A stretch of 64,000 nucleotides of DNA from Octopus vulgaris. Its lineage: Eukaryota. The first letter of the stretch is position 1; every line of letters starts with the position of its first letter. Below, in pieces: positions 42,750-55,059 of this stretch. The notes beneath the pieces were generated by a model. That model saw only the letters and a program-made list of their open reading frames with translations, had not been told where the DNA came from and searched no databases. The DNA lies in the NCBI GenBank assembly GCA_951406725.2, contig OX597815.1, forward strand, positions 123,504,001 through 123,568,000, read 5' to 3'. The position numbers were made by a program, and so were the translations under genes.

Positions 42750-42890
42750 ATACAAAAATAGTCACATGACAAATTACGGCTTGTGTATTGGTTTATATCG
42801 TCCCGTTTCCATCCCCTACCACCACCATTTTCAGACCCGCCAATATGACGTGTTCATCAAAGATAAACAAGTTTTGCACACGTGAAAATG
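42750..42890 (-). promoter_or_regulatory. Putative ABCA2 proximal promoter: M-box/CLEAR-like GTCACATGAC (42761-42770), CCAAT boxes (42787-42791, 42840-42844), TGACGT (42846-42851), E-box CACGTG (42879-42884)
   Basis: Motif cluster about 1 kb upstream of the ATG, in a repeat-poor region that retains CpGs. TSS not determinable from sequence. Confidence 0.5.
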
Positions 42891-43924
42891 TTTACACATC
42901 AGCTTCTTTCCCCATTATGTGTATGTATGATGGGGAAGAAAAAGAAAATAAATAGAATCAGAAATAAATAATTTAAATAATGTGTTGAAATATTTAGAAT
43001 CAGATGTTTTGATTATCCCAAAACCAAAAGGATAGGGTATTTAAGAAAAGACAGTAACTCGTTTAATTAAATTTACTTGCGGAGGCCTTGATGTTTATTT
43101 ATACTCAATTTTATCCTTGATGTTAAACATGTTTATTTATAGTTATTTGTACACGTATATGTTTACATACTCAAGAATGATTATATTTGTTGTTCGTTGT
43201 ATTTGAAACTACAGATTTTGTAGATATTAGTATCATATATCATTCACTAAGCATGGTTGCTTTCCTTGGGTTAAGTCAGGTGTAAAGGGCGATGGGCATC
43301 ACCTTGGCAGGCTCGCCTAAACTTATGAGACTTAATCCACATTTGTAAGGAAAATGTGGGCAGGAAGAGAATTTCAGAGAGTTGTGATTCGAGACAAAAA
43401 CGACCATAATCGTATGAATTCTAAGGCCTGTGAGACGCTATGAGAGAGTTAAAAAGATGAAAAGTGAATGTAATGTAGACTTGGGTGGAAATGACTTGCA
43501 ACCTGCTTGTTCAAAAGAGCAGATGATGTAAAATGGATCTTCGTCTGTTTCAATAATGAGCGTTCTGTTGTTCAATTATCCAAACTGAATTAGCAGTTAA
43601 GTGACTGGGTATTTCAAAGAGATGCACATCCTTAAATTAATCCTTGAGCAGAATCAGCATAATACAGTAAGTGACAAGACTGGGCCTTTGAATTATTGAT
43701 ACACTCTACCTGGGTTGATCAAAGTCTAACATAAAAGACATTTGTCCAAGGTACCATGCAATCATGAGGTTCAAGGATCAAGCCCTGAGCCTCATGATTG
43801 TGAAATGAACTTCATAACCATTGAGTTATAGAAAAAGCAGTGAAGAAACAGTATGTTTGTGAGCCATAAGTTGAAGTATATCTAATGTAGAAGTTCCATA
43901 GAGCTTTGATATTAGATGTAAGCC

Positions 43925-44305
43925 CCAACATAGCTGTGTGGTGAGAAATTTATTTTCCCACCAAATAGTTTCAAGTTCAGTTCCATTGTGTAGCACTGTG
44001 AAGAGGTGACCAGCTGACCAAAGCCTTCCGAGTGAATTTGGTTGGCAGGAACTGAAAAGAAGCTTATCGTATATGTGTACGTGTTACTGTCCTTGCCTTG
44101 ACATCATAAGAGTTGTAAATAATTGTTGCCATCACATTAGTAGTGTCTTTGCTTCCAGACTTCTATGAACAGATTCATGATCATGGGAAAATATTACTTT
44201 ACTTGGAAACAGGTGAAGGTTAGCAACAAAAAAGGCATCCAGCCATAGAAAATCCACCTCAACAAATTCCAGTGAGAAGTGAACATTAAAACTATGATGA
44301 TGATA
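43925..44305 (+). mobile_element. tRNA-derived SINE with (GAT)n tail
   Basis: GCTGTGTGGTGAG...GTTCAGTTCCATTG...CTGACCAAAGCC...TTAAAACTATGATGATGAT. Confidence 0.75.
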
Positions 44306-45755
44306 CTATTTTCACAGATCAGCTGGTCAATGTATAGGTGTGGTGAACAATTAGCTGAGAGGCTGGAAGTTTGTATTGTGTCATTGATAAAGTCACTTAA
44401 CCTTTAATTGCAGGTACTTAATGTATGTAAAAGCAGTGCTACAAAATCAATATTAGCTTTCAGTGGTTAGTTCAAGTATTCTTGCAAACCTTAGAAACCA
44501 ATCCTGCAAAGCCTTCTCTGAAAAAGAAGTTAACGACTAGCCAGAAATCTGGGTTACAGAATAAGCCATTTGTTTTATAGTTGTTATTGCTAATAATTCT
44601 AGTTGTCAATTTATGTGCCAGGGTTAACATGATAATATACATGATAAAGTCAAATTATTTTTAAAATTCACACCAATCAGTAATTTACTATTAAGTCAAG
44701 TATAAAAATAGAACTTTGATTAAGCTTTACGTTAAAAAAATATTTTTTCTATTCATCTGTTTTCAAGCATTACAATTCAATAGCTTAACAAAAAAAAGCT
44801 TATCAAAAGAAATGTTTATAGACTTTTGGATGAAACATTGTAGAAGTAGTGTAAAGGTTCTTATAAGAATAGTGGTTCAGGCAAAACAGTGTAATTATAA
44901 GAGGTTCGCTTTACAGCCAAGTGGTTTCAGGTTCAATCCTATTGCACAGCACCTTGAATAAGTGCGTTCTTCTGTAGCCTTAGATTAACCAATGCCTTAT
45001 GAATGAATTTGGTAGTTTTTCTCAAGGTGCCTACATTCTGTCGAGTATACACACTGACATTACACATCCATCGGATTATACTGGCTTCATTCCTTGCAAG
45101 CTTACATATGTCCTTCAGCAGTCATGGCCCATGTTTCATTATATAGATTATATCCAGTGCCCTATTGTCTTGAAGCCACATTCTTTAAAAATCATTAAAA
45201 CCAATACCATTTAATTGAGTATAACCCTTTCTAACAAAAAAGAGTTCTGTGGCAAGAAATCCCTATTTTTATCAATAATTAACAAGAAAAAGGTGTTTCA
45301 TGTGTTTACCAAAAGCTGGATAATTTTGTGTTTGTTTATATTTGATATTGATCAATTTTTTTTTCTGCAGAAACCAATGTATCAAGCCATGTATTTTGAA
45401 ATTTATTTTGTCTGGCCTAACAAATGTTACATTAACTTTTCTTCACTCAATTTTCATTGTAACTATCATTACTTAACTCTGTTAGCTCCTGCTTTATTAA
45501 CTTGCTCTCCATATTATTTCCATTGACTGCAGTAACATGTTAATGTTGCTACATTTATGCAGAGGACCATCATCTCCTTGTGAATAATTATTAGCCAAAA
45601 TTAAGTCAAACTATTTTATCTCAGATTTGTCTTAAATTTTGTTATAACTCTTTTTCTTCCAGCACTCATCATCATTTCTTGTCAGGTAACTAGTTCAATG
45701 GTATACATAAAAAATGTAACGGTTAAACAAACATAAGCATTATATACCCTGATTT

Positions 45756-46153
45756 CAGGTATGTGCCACCTAGGTAGGCAAGGTATACAGTGCCTACCAT
45801 GAATAAAATAGATTGATAGCAACATTTTCCTTTTATAGCAAAATATGTAAATAAAATAAAATTTTGAAGGTTACTCTGATTACTATGCATAAAATACAAA
45901 ATATTTTATTTTTTCGTAGATTAGGTAGGCATAATTTGCCCCTGCCTTTCAATCTCAGTATTTAAACTATGCATAGTAATACTGCAGTACACATGCTGCG
46001 TACACTCCTACATTTTCTTTACAGGCTATAAAGGCAGAAGTAAATCTGCCTTCAACTCAGTCGCATGCCTGTATTTCAGTTATCTTTTGTGTGTTTTATT
46101 ACATAAAGGTCACCAACTGCCTACCCTGAGTAATTACTGACGGCATGTACCTG
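45756..46153. mobile_element. hAT-type MITE
   Basis: TIRs CAGGTATGTGCC / GGCATGTACCTG, 8-bp flanks CCTGATTT / CCTGATTG, internal GGTAGGCA/TGCCTACC subterminal motifs. Confidence 0.85.
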
Positions 46154-47754
46154 CCTGATTGATACATTGAATACATTTTCTGTCCTCTAGAAGAACTCTA
46201 GCAGTCTCTCAAATTTATGCTGTACAATCTGTAAATCATACTCTACTAATTTTTTTCTTGTTATTGCAGATCCTGTATTTTACCTCAGTACACTACATGA
46301 TTCTAATATACACATCATGAAGCCAACACTTTGTACAAAGAAAGAAGCAATTCACAAATTTTCAAAAAGTATTTTTTTTAATTTATACATAGCTAATAGT
46401 GACTTCATCAAAGCAATAATTCACAGATGCTCACAGTATCAGTCATACTAACACTACAAGTGTTGTTTTTAAAACCTGTTAAAAGCAGTTTATTCATAAT
46501 GTAGAGTTCCTCTATATATAGCACACCCATTTTTTTTATCCTGTTTGGATCTAGAAATCCTTTTATTAATTATTTCTTTAAGCATAGTAAAGTTCAGAAT
46601 CAGATCTTTGAAATTCTGTTCTACATTTCAAACAAACTTCTTTTGCTTTATATTGGATTTGCAAAGAATATCTAAGTTACTTTTATAATAACAGATCCAT
46701 GCGTACCAAAACTTAAACTGTAATCTGAAAGTTTTAATGATCATGACTGAAGAGAAGTAAAGGAGCCTCTGTTGAATATTTACTTGAATATTATATTCAA
46801 AGAATAGCACAGCAAGAACTCAGCATTCTCCTAAATTTCTGATTAGTTGTGTATCTATAATTTAAACCTTTATCTCTACAGATATATTTTCATTTATTAA
46901 ATATGTTGAGAAGAAAGGGAACATGCAATAATAAACATAAAAAGTACTTTTAGATATCACCAAATACCGCTGATCAGAAATGGAATTAGCTGTGTTAAGA
47001 AAATATTGTGAAAGAAACATATAATCTAGCCCAATGGCCCCAACATGCAACCCTCAAGTAAAATTTTGAAGTCTTCTATAGAGAGATCAATATCAAGGAT
47101 TATATAACATTCAAAACATGTAGGGAGTGGGGGCTTCCCAAGGAAGGCGCATGGCTAGTGGTTAGGATGTTTGACTAGTCATCATAAGGTTATGTGTTCA
47201 ATTCCTGATCAGAGGAGCACACTGTGTCCTTGAACTCATTCACTCCATTTTATAGTGCTCCAGTCTATTCATCTGTAATGAATTCTAGCCACTGCTCTCT
47301 TCATCTGTCATGTCCTGGATGTTCCATTGAGATGAAGAGAGGTGGGGGAGAGTGCCCTATGACAGATCATAACTACATAGGCACCCAAAGTAATTCCCAA
47401 AGCATGATACTTGCTCATGAATGATGGCCGGTTGTACTTTTAGAGGCTTCTCATTGCAATTATGCAACCTCATAAATTAATACCTGCTTGATAGCATCTA
47501 AACATGCTAAGCATGATTTCAAAAGTATAATGATATCAGCATTATCGGCATACTGCCTACATTAAATGATGGAAGTGGCAGACTGATAGAGAGATGGATG
47601 TTATGAGAAGCTGCACGAGGCATGAGTCCAATTGGCTTATAAGTTTAAAAAGTTTGCTACTGGAATGTTTTCAATATTTAATCATATTTACATCGATGAG
47701 TTAACATTTTTAGACATTTGTGAAATCCAGGGATAGACCAAGGCTTACTGATGA

Positions 47755-47890
47755 GGAAGGGAGGATAAGGAGGAGGGGAGGATAAGGAGGAGGGGAGGAT
47801 AAGGAGGAGAGGAGAATAAGGAAGAGGGGAAGAAAAGGAGGAGGGGAGGATAAGGAGAAGGGGAGGATAAGGTGGAGGAGGGGCGGGAGA
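47755..47890. repeat. Purine-rich tandem repeat of about 18 bp (GAGGATAAGGAGGAGGG-like)
   Basis: Direct; gives the Pro/Ser-rich spurious ORFs. Confidence 0.9.
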
Positions 47891-47919
47891 GGACAACGAC
47901 CACAATGATGACAATGATA

Positions 47920-48152
47920 AAGCGGTGAGCTGGCAAAAATATTAGCATGCTGGGCGAAATGCTAAGCGGTATTTTGTATGCCGTTAGATTCTGAGTTCAA
48001 AGTCGACCTTGGTCGACTTTGCCTTTCATCCTTTCGGCGTCGATAAATTAAGTACCAGTTATGCACTGGGGTCGATGTAATCGACTTAATCTATTTGTCT
48101 GTCCTTATTTGTCCCCTGTATGTTTAGCCCCTTGTGGGCAATAAAGAAATAA
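47920..48152 (+). mobile_element. tRNA-derived SINE with Nin/Inv-like central domain
   Basis: GCGGTGAGCTGGCA...TTCTGAGTTCAA...GCCTTTCATCCTTTCGGCGTCGATAAATTAAGTACCAG...AATAAAGAAATAAG. Flanked by a direct repeat AAGGCTTACTGATGAG at about 47740 and 48158, a possible TSD that includes the purine repeat. Confidence 0.85.
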
Positions 48153-48277
48153 GAAATAAGGCTTACTGATGAGCATCAAATTTTAAGGATTTCTGTTACC
48201 AACATAAGAGTAGACAATATCAAACTTGTCAAGAAAGTTCAGTCTGAAGAATCTCCCTCAAAATAAAACTTGTATTC

Positions 48278-48493
48278 GACCCTTTAGCATTCATATTATT
48301 CTGTTAAATGTAATGCTTTTATTTATTCACATTTTTTAATTATTAATAATGCATTATCTTGTAACTTCAAGATTTCAATGATGTGACTGTTTATTTTTAG
48401 AACAATATTGTTGGGTAGGTGTGAGAGGCCACACCTGGTCAGTTTGAACATAAAACAGGCATAATATTTAGGCTGTTTTATGTTAAATGGTTA
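48278..48493. mobile_element. piggyBac-like MITE, eroded
   Basis: ACCCTTTAGCATTC ... ATGTTAAATGGTTA terminal inverted match. Confidence 0.55.
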
Positions 48494-49154
48494 CAATGTC
48501 TCTAAATCTGTTCTGCCATTGACAGCATAATGTGCACTACTCACAGACATATATTCCAAAATATCACCATCCACTATGTTTGACTTTTTCAAATTGATAC
48601 TTTCAAAATAAAAGGTTGGATTACATGATTACTGATTTTACGAAAAATTAAATTGTTTTTTAATTATCTTTTAATATATATAATATATTTTTTCATTGAT
48701 TAAATCAGAAAGAAAGTGCTGTGCTTGGGAACTACAAAGACACTCCTTTACCTAACAGGTAGCATTTGTAATTAGTATTCTTTTAGAATTTCTAGAAAAG
48801 CTGAGTAATTTTCACCACTTTTGACAATGTTGGTAGTATTTTGCTTCAACACCATGTTTCATTAGCACTAAGCTGTTAATGTTGTTCAATTCTTTTTCAT
48901 CATTAACTGACCATCACATATTTTTCATGCATAGTGTATCTAAGGCTACATAAGCTAACATGTCTTTTCTTTTTTTATTTGTTTGTTTGATTAAGGTAGT
49001 AGGTCTGGATTTGAAAGTGTCAGCACTCCCTAAGAGTGCAAGTTGGCATTTTAGTGGTGCAACAAAGAAAGTATATACTATCAGAATAAAATTATTTACT
49101 AAATCTTAAAAATATCTCTGTTGTATTGCATATACCAGGAATTTTGTTATTCCA

Positions 49155-49812
49155 CGGTTGGCACAGTTTCAGTTGCAATCCCCCTGCAAGGCACCTTAGA
49201 CAAGTGTTTTCTCTTATAGCTCCTGCACTGGCTGACCAAAATCTTTTGAGTGGATTTGGCAGGTGGAAACCAAAAGAAGCCTATTGTATATGAGTGTATG
49301 TCTCGTATATATAAATGTCTTTAATTATTATGATATATTTTTAGCCAAAATACGCAAGTTATCAAAATAATACAGGCTGGTGGTTTTACGCAAAACTGAC
49401 CTTTATGCACACACACTTAAGCTAACAACACCCTTTCTCTAAAGATTTCCTGAAGAAGGGGTTCCTAGCCCTGAAATATTCAAATACTGTATAAAACCAT
49501 TGGCCTGTATTATTGCATTGTTTGGGTTTTAAATAAGTAAAAGAAACATTCATATACATGTCTGTACATAAGTGTGTATATGTTTCCTTGTCTTGACATC
49601 ACATAATTGTTGTAAAATTAGTATCACCATCATACAAGTGGTGGCTTTTGTTTCCAGTCTTCCATGAAAAAGTTCAACCATGGGAAAGTATTACTTTGCT
49701 TGGAAACAAGTGAGGGTAAGTGACAAGGAGAGCATCTGATCATGGGAAATCTACCTCAATGAATTCTGTCTGACTTATGTAAGTTTAGGAAGTGGACATT
49801 TAATCAATGATG
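49155..49812 (+). mobile_element. tRNA SINE with (GAT)n tail, interrupted by a PLE-derived foldback at about 49320-49541
   Basis: SINE head 49155-49300 and tail 49560-49812 match the copies at 27680 and 43925. Confidence 0.7.
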
Positions 49813-51268
49813 AAATCAATGATAATGTACAAATATGTGATTCAATTTTCTAGAAATATAAAGTCAATTATTTATTGGAAAACTTTTTCATTTTCAAATT
49901 TTTCAAGTTATGAAAAAATTAATCAAACATTTACAAAGTGAGAACTATTGACATAGAGTCTTTCTTATTTGGCTTCTTAAACATCCTGCTAATGAGTTCC
50001 ATGAACATATTTCATAACCAATAAACTCTTGATGTTTAGTTCTTGTCATCACTAAAATAACATATGCCATTCTGGCTGTGACCATCACATTTTTGTCTCA
50101 TGCATAGCTTTTCAAAATAGACTTTACTTATGTAATTACATGACATCATTACTAAATAATGCAATAGAAAAATATAAACTCAATGTGTTATCTCACCTTG
50201 TAAAAATATATCAATAATATGTTATCATACCGTATGACCTTAACTTTACTGATAAGTGATTAATGTAATGTTTATTCTTGGAATAAAGTGTTTGCACTGA
50301 CCTTCCCCATGTAAGTTAACAATAAGTTATTTTCAATAGAAGCAAACTTTCAGTTTCTTCCCACATTGCTTTTTATTTTTCTTCCAAATTGATATCTTTC
50401 TCCATGACAAAAAATTTTTTAAGGTAAAAATAGTTGGAGCATGTGTTTTAAACTGAATATATTGAATATAGTGAAGCCACTTGGCCTTTTCCATGTGACC
50501 AAAATCAGAAATAAAGACTTTCTTTTACCTATACACATATATATACGTCAGGCTTTTTCAGTTTCCGTCTACCAAATCCACTCACATGCCCAAGGTGCCT
50601 CACAGTGGGACTGAACCCGGAACTATGTGGTTGGTAAGCAAGCTACTTACTGCACAGCCACTCCTGCACCTAGAGTGTTCTTTAGAGAAAGTTCTTTAAA
50701 TGTGATTGCAGAAAGTGATGGTTGCTACCTTGGAGTTTGCAATTTCAGTCATAAGTTGCCTGTTTATGCTTCACAGACATTTCATTTTTTTCAATACAAA
50801 CCAGCAATCAAAAATTAGAAAGATATTTCTTGTTTATTTCACCATAATAAAATGCACTTGAAATACTATGTACTTACACTTGAAAGACCAATATGGCTAT
50901 TAATCTCTTCACTCTCTCCTTCTCTCTTTCACACATACATACACATATATGCCTATGCATACACATACTGCCATCAACATCATTATCATTGCCATCATCG
51001 TCGTAGTTGTCCTCCTCCTTATCCTCCCCTCCTCATCCTTATCCTCCCTTCCTCCTATCCTCCTCTTCCTCCTCCTCCTCCTCCTCCTCATCATCCTTCT
51101 TTTCAATACCCGCTTTTCTATGCTTGCATGGGTCAGACAGAATTTGGTGAGGCAGATATTCTACAGCCAGATGCCCTTCCTGTCACCAACCAACACTTGG
51201 AAATGAGACACATTGCCTGTATGATGGTGATGCTTATTTATGACTATACAGTGATTGTTATCAATAAG

Positions 51269-52474
51269 CGTGATTGTCTGATCAATAAGTATCCGGATTG
51301 TTGCCTTAGTGAAGCTGCTTGGTACAGATTGACCTTGAACTCTACTGTGCATGTGCACGAAGTTTTAACATTTTAGCTTACTTCCATTGTTTACAACAGT
51401 GCTTGGAAGGAATGTGTATAGCATGTGATCATGGCAGAAAGTTGAGCAGAGAACCTGCATCAAATTTAACCAAAAGCTTGGCGCTATCTGCTCAGAAGCC
51501 TACGCAAAGTTACAGAAAGTGCATGAAGAAGAGTGTATGAGCTGCACACAAGTGTACAATTGGTTCAGATGTTTCTAAGATGGCTGAAAAAATGTCAATA
51601 ATGATGAACGTTCTGGGAGATCCGCAACCAGCAGAACTGAGAAAACCATCACAGATGTTTGTGCTGCTGTGAAACGAAATTGTCGAATCACCATCCGTGA
51701 GTCATCAGAGGATGTGAAGATTAGTTACAGTTCAGTTCGGTCCATTATCACTGAAGATTTGGGTGTGAGATGCGTGTCTGTCAAGTTTGAGCCAAAACTG
51801 CTTTCAGCTGACCAAAAAGACACTCGAGTTTCAGCTGCACAAGATCTCCTTGATTGTGTCAAGAATGGGTAAAACTTTTTGAAAATGGTCATAACAGGTG
51901 ATGAATTATGGGTTTATGGCTATGACCTCGAAATACTGTTGACCATTTTCTTCAACTACAAGGAGATTGTTCATCATGAGTATGCTCCACCTGGTCAGAC
52001 AGTAATCAAAGAATACTACCGTGATGTTTTACGTTGTTTGCAGAATACTATTCCTCAGAAAAGGCAACAATTGCATGAGTCTGATGAGTGGCAATTGCAC
52101 CATGACAATGCACCTGCCTATTCCGCACAGCTTGTGCAGCAATTTTTGGCTAGGCACAGCATTCCCCAGGTCTGACAGCCATCATATTCCCCACATTTCA
52201 CCCCTTGTGACATTTTCCTCTTTCAAAAATTCAAATGCCACTTGAAAGGAAGGAGATTTCAGGACATCATGGAAATCAAAGTGAATACAATTAGGCAGCT
52301 GCTGATTATCTTGAAAAACAAGTTCCAGGAATGATTCCATCTATGGAAGCAGCACTGGATTAAGTGTGCGGCTTCTGAAGGGGACTACTCTGAATGAGAT
52401 TAAACTCCAAATTGGTACCTGTTGTAGTTTTGTTTTTATAGCACCAGTCCGGATACTTATTGATCAGACCTCAT
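51269..52474 (+). mobile_element. Degenerate mariner transposon with both TIRs
   Basis: TIRs GTCTGATCAATAAGTATCCGGA / TCCGGATACTTATTGATCAGAC. Transposase motifs ITGDELWVYGYD, WQLHHDNAPA and YSPHISPCD (YSPDLAPxD-like). Stops and an internal deletion. Confidence 0.92.
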
Positions 52475-52671
52475 ATATATGATGAGCTCTTATCACTTTT
52501 CATCCACCAAATCCACTCACAAGGCTTTTGTCAGTGCAAAGCACTTGTCCATATAGAAGATACGTCAATGTAAAAGATAAGGTGCCATACAGTGGGACTG
52601 TACCCAAAACCACATGGGAAGCAAACTTATAAACTATATAGCCATGCCTTTATCTATATATAAATATATCA

Positions 52672-52920
52672 AGTGCAGACAATTCACCAACAGACTATTC
52701 GCCAACAGACAATTTGCTGACAGACAATTTCTACATGACCTCAGACTCAACATGGAGGCCTACATCAAGTGCTTGGAGGAGGTTGAGTTGCCCTGGGTCA
52801 AGAGGGTGACTGCTGGAACATTCCTATGCCTGGCAACAGGACTCTGTACCATACCACACAATTGTCTTATTTGTAAGATGTCTGTCGGACAATTGTCTAT
52901 TGACGAATTGTCTGTTTACC
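52672..52920. mobile_element. MITE-like element with about 15-bp subterminal repeats (AGACAATTCGCCAAC-like) in inverted orientation at the two ends
   Basis: Left arm has four CAGACAATT-type units; right arm has AATTGTC-type units; the interior is a mariner transposase fragment. Confidence 0.6.
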
Positions 52921-53279
52921 AAATATATGTATGTATGTATGAGTGCGAGTATGTGTGTGTGTGTGTGTTGTTTAAATTTATTGGGAGGTCTTCAAGAACT
53001 ACTGTTTATACAAATTAAGATGAATTAATGAAGCCAATATAGTTAAGCAGTGCATTAAACAATATATTTTTATCATTTTCCATGTAGTTGATATTGTAGC
53101 ATGAAATGCCCTATGTGTAGCTGAAACTACTGAACTATTATTCAAAGTATTCACATCATCATCTTTAATTCCACTTTTGATATACTTTTGTGAGAATAAA
53201 ACTCTTTAATAGGTTTTCCTTAAAAAGACTTTCCCTTTTTTTTTTGCTATATGACCTCCTTTTTTATTTGGTAGGAATA

Positions 53280-53830
53280 ATCTCGGTGAAATTCCCTTCC
53301 AACAGCTCAGATGTCGAATAACAAAAGTAATTTTCTTTTTCTTTTCCTCTCACTTTTATCATTAATTCAATTTAACATATATTTGTATGATTGTGAAATT
53401 AATTTCTTTTAAACATGAATAAAAAAGAAGACTATTCTTTTTATTATTTTTTCTTATCTATTTGCATGTTTTTGTATGATTTCTCTGCAGTTTGATTTGA
53501 ACAATAATATTCCTAAACCAATCATCAATGTTTCTAAACTTTCACTGACTCATCTTCAGAATGAAATTATTGTTGTAGGCAGGTTTTATTACCACTTTAT
53601 GATATGGATTTGTGTTGTATTGTCTGCTAATATTTGAATTTTTGGTCAATAGCATTCTTCTTCATCAGTCATGGACCATTTTTGTTTTAATTTTGACTAA
53701 TGTACGTTGGCTGTGTCTAAATTTTATTATTGTGTTATGTTATTAATATTGATTCCATCATTGTTTGACAGTTTATTTTCTGTGGGGAATTGCTAATGAT
53801 TTCTTATCTAGTTTTGTTTATATGAAATGT
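53280..53830 (-). mobile_element. Possible highly decayed Penelope-like RT fragment
   Basis: Minus-strand pieces Q*KFRNIDDWFRNI and LLFDI resemble the PLE RT region QWKNTxxVIxWF...FDI. Heavily interrupted. Confidence 0.35.
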
Positions 53831-54299
53831 AGTGCATTGCCACATCTCTTTGTTGTAAGTGCATGACGACCTACCTGAAGAGTGGTGTTCTAACATGAAC
53901 AATATGAGAATTGGAGTTATAAAGTTGACACTTTTCATATTCGTAATCTTATGTGAAAGTCATTATTAATAGTTCGCTTGTTGGCTTACAAGTTCATTGT
54001 CTTTATTCATTTATTTATTTTTTTGATTAGATGGATTTTTATTTTAGCATTTTTGTATATTATTATTGTTAGTTTATGGTATGTATGTATGTATGTATGT
54101 GTGTATGTATGTATGTATGTATGTATGCATGTATGTATGTATGTATGTATGCATGCATATGAATATATGCCTACTTGTGTTGAAGCTTCTTGTCATCATA
54201 AGGTATTGTATTTTCCAGTATGTACAATAAATCTATTACTTTACAGACACATTGAGTTCTTTATATGTTTATAAGTGATCAGGTGTAGTTCATAATAAA

Positions 54300-55057
54300 A
54301 AAAATAGGAGTAATCAATATACAAAATAGAGAGAATGTAGATATAGCTTTATAAGGATCATACAAACAAAACAAATTACATAACTAAAGGTTTCATGTAA
54401 GTCTGACATACATGTAGACGTACACTAGGTAGATTTGTCTGCTTGGGTTTAGTGCAATTACTAAACAGAGACCATTCACAGAAGCACATCTGACAACTAT
54501 AGGTGTGTCAGGTCAGGCTTATGTAAAACACAGCCAGCTACATATAGCATTTAGAAGAGGGCATGCCATACAGAATTAAATGGAAACTCTTGGAACTGGA
54601 CCACACCTTAATGAGAACAGATGATGCAAACTTTATTTGGCTGAGAGAGCAAGGATCCTAAAGAATTCACTTGACCTGGGGGCCTTCTTAAATGCCAAAG
54701 GTGAGATGTTTAGTTGATGTCCTCATGAGAGGAAATTCATGTTGAAGACATGGAATTCCCCACTTGCTGATTAGCAAACAGAAATCATGCATACACTAAC
54801 CCTTTTTGAACACAGCAGCAACCAGTCAAAGAGAGATAACTCCATCTCACCTAGATGAGATGTTGCTCAGTAGAATTTTGCTTCAGGGTTTTTTCACAAC
54901 CATGACTGACCAAGACTGTTTTCCTACCTCTTGTAGTAGAAAGTTATGTATCTCTGGTCAGCAGGTCTGATGAGTTACCTATATCATTAGAAGCTTTATA
55001 AGTGAGAAATCAATTGTAACTCTCTGACCTCAGCCATAACCAACAATTATATATATA
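54300..55057 (+). mobile_element. Penelope-like element 3' remnant: GIY-YIG C-terminus plus hammerhead-containing terminal repeat
   Basis: YRIKWKLLE and R*CKLYLAERARIL...LNAKGEMFS*CPHERKFML fit the KWxIL...CxLCxxEK...LNxxxExxSxCxH pattern of Naiad-type PLEs. Ends at (TA)n. Confidence 0.75.
54956..55029 (+). ncRNA. Degenerate type I hammerhead ribozyme (PLE-type)
   Basis: GGTCAGCAGGT-CTGATGA-G-TTACCTATA...TATAAGTGA-GAAA-T-CAATTG-TA-ACTCTCTGACC: imperfect stem I, core, stem II and palindromic stem III. The partner C of G10.1 is missing and there is one extra T, so this copy is probably inactive. Confidence 0.65.
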
Positions 55058-55059
55058 AA

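Noticed and set aside
50852-51376. 174-aa His/Pro-rich ORF (and the Pro-rich ORFs at 47678-47948)
   Set aside because: Composed of (CAT)n/(CCT)n repeats, an RTE tail and a mariner TIR.
54620-54730. In-frame TGA codons in the PLE zinc-binding region read as selenocysteine
   Set aside because: Both TGAs sit before, not at, the conserved Cys residues. They fit CGA(Arg)-to-TGA CpG decay in a dead copy.
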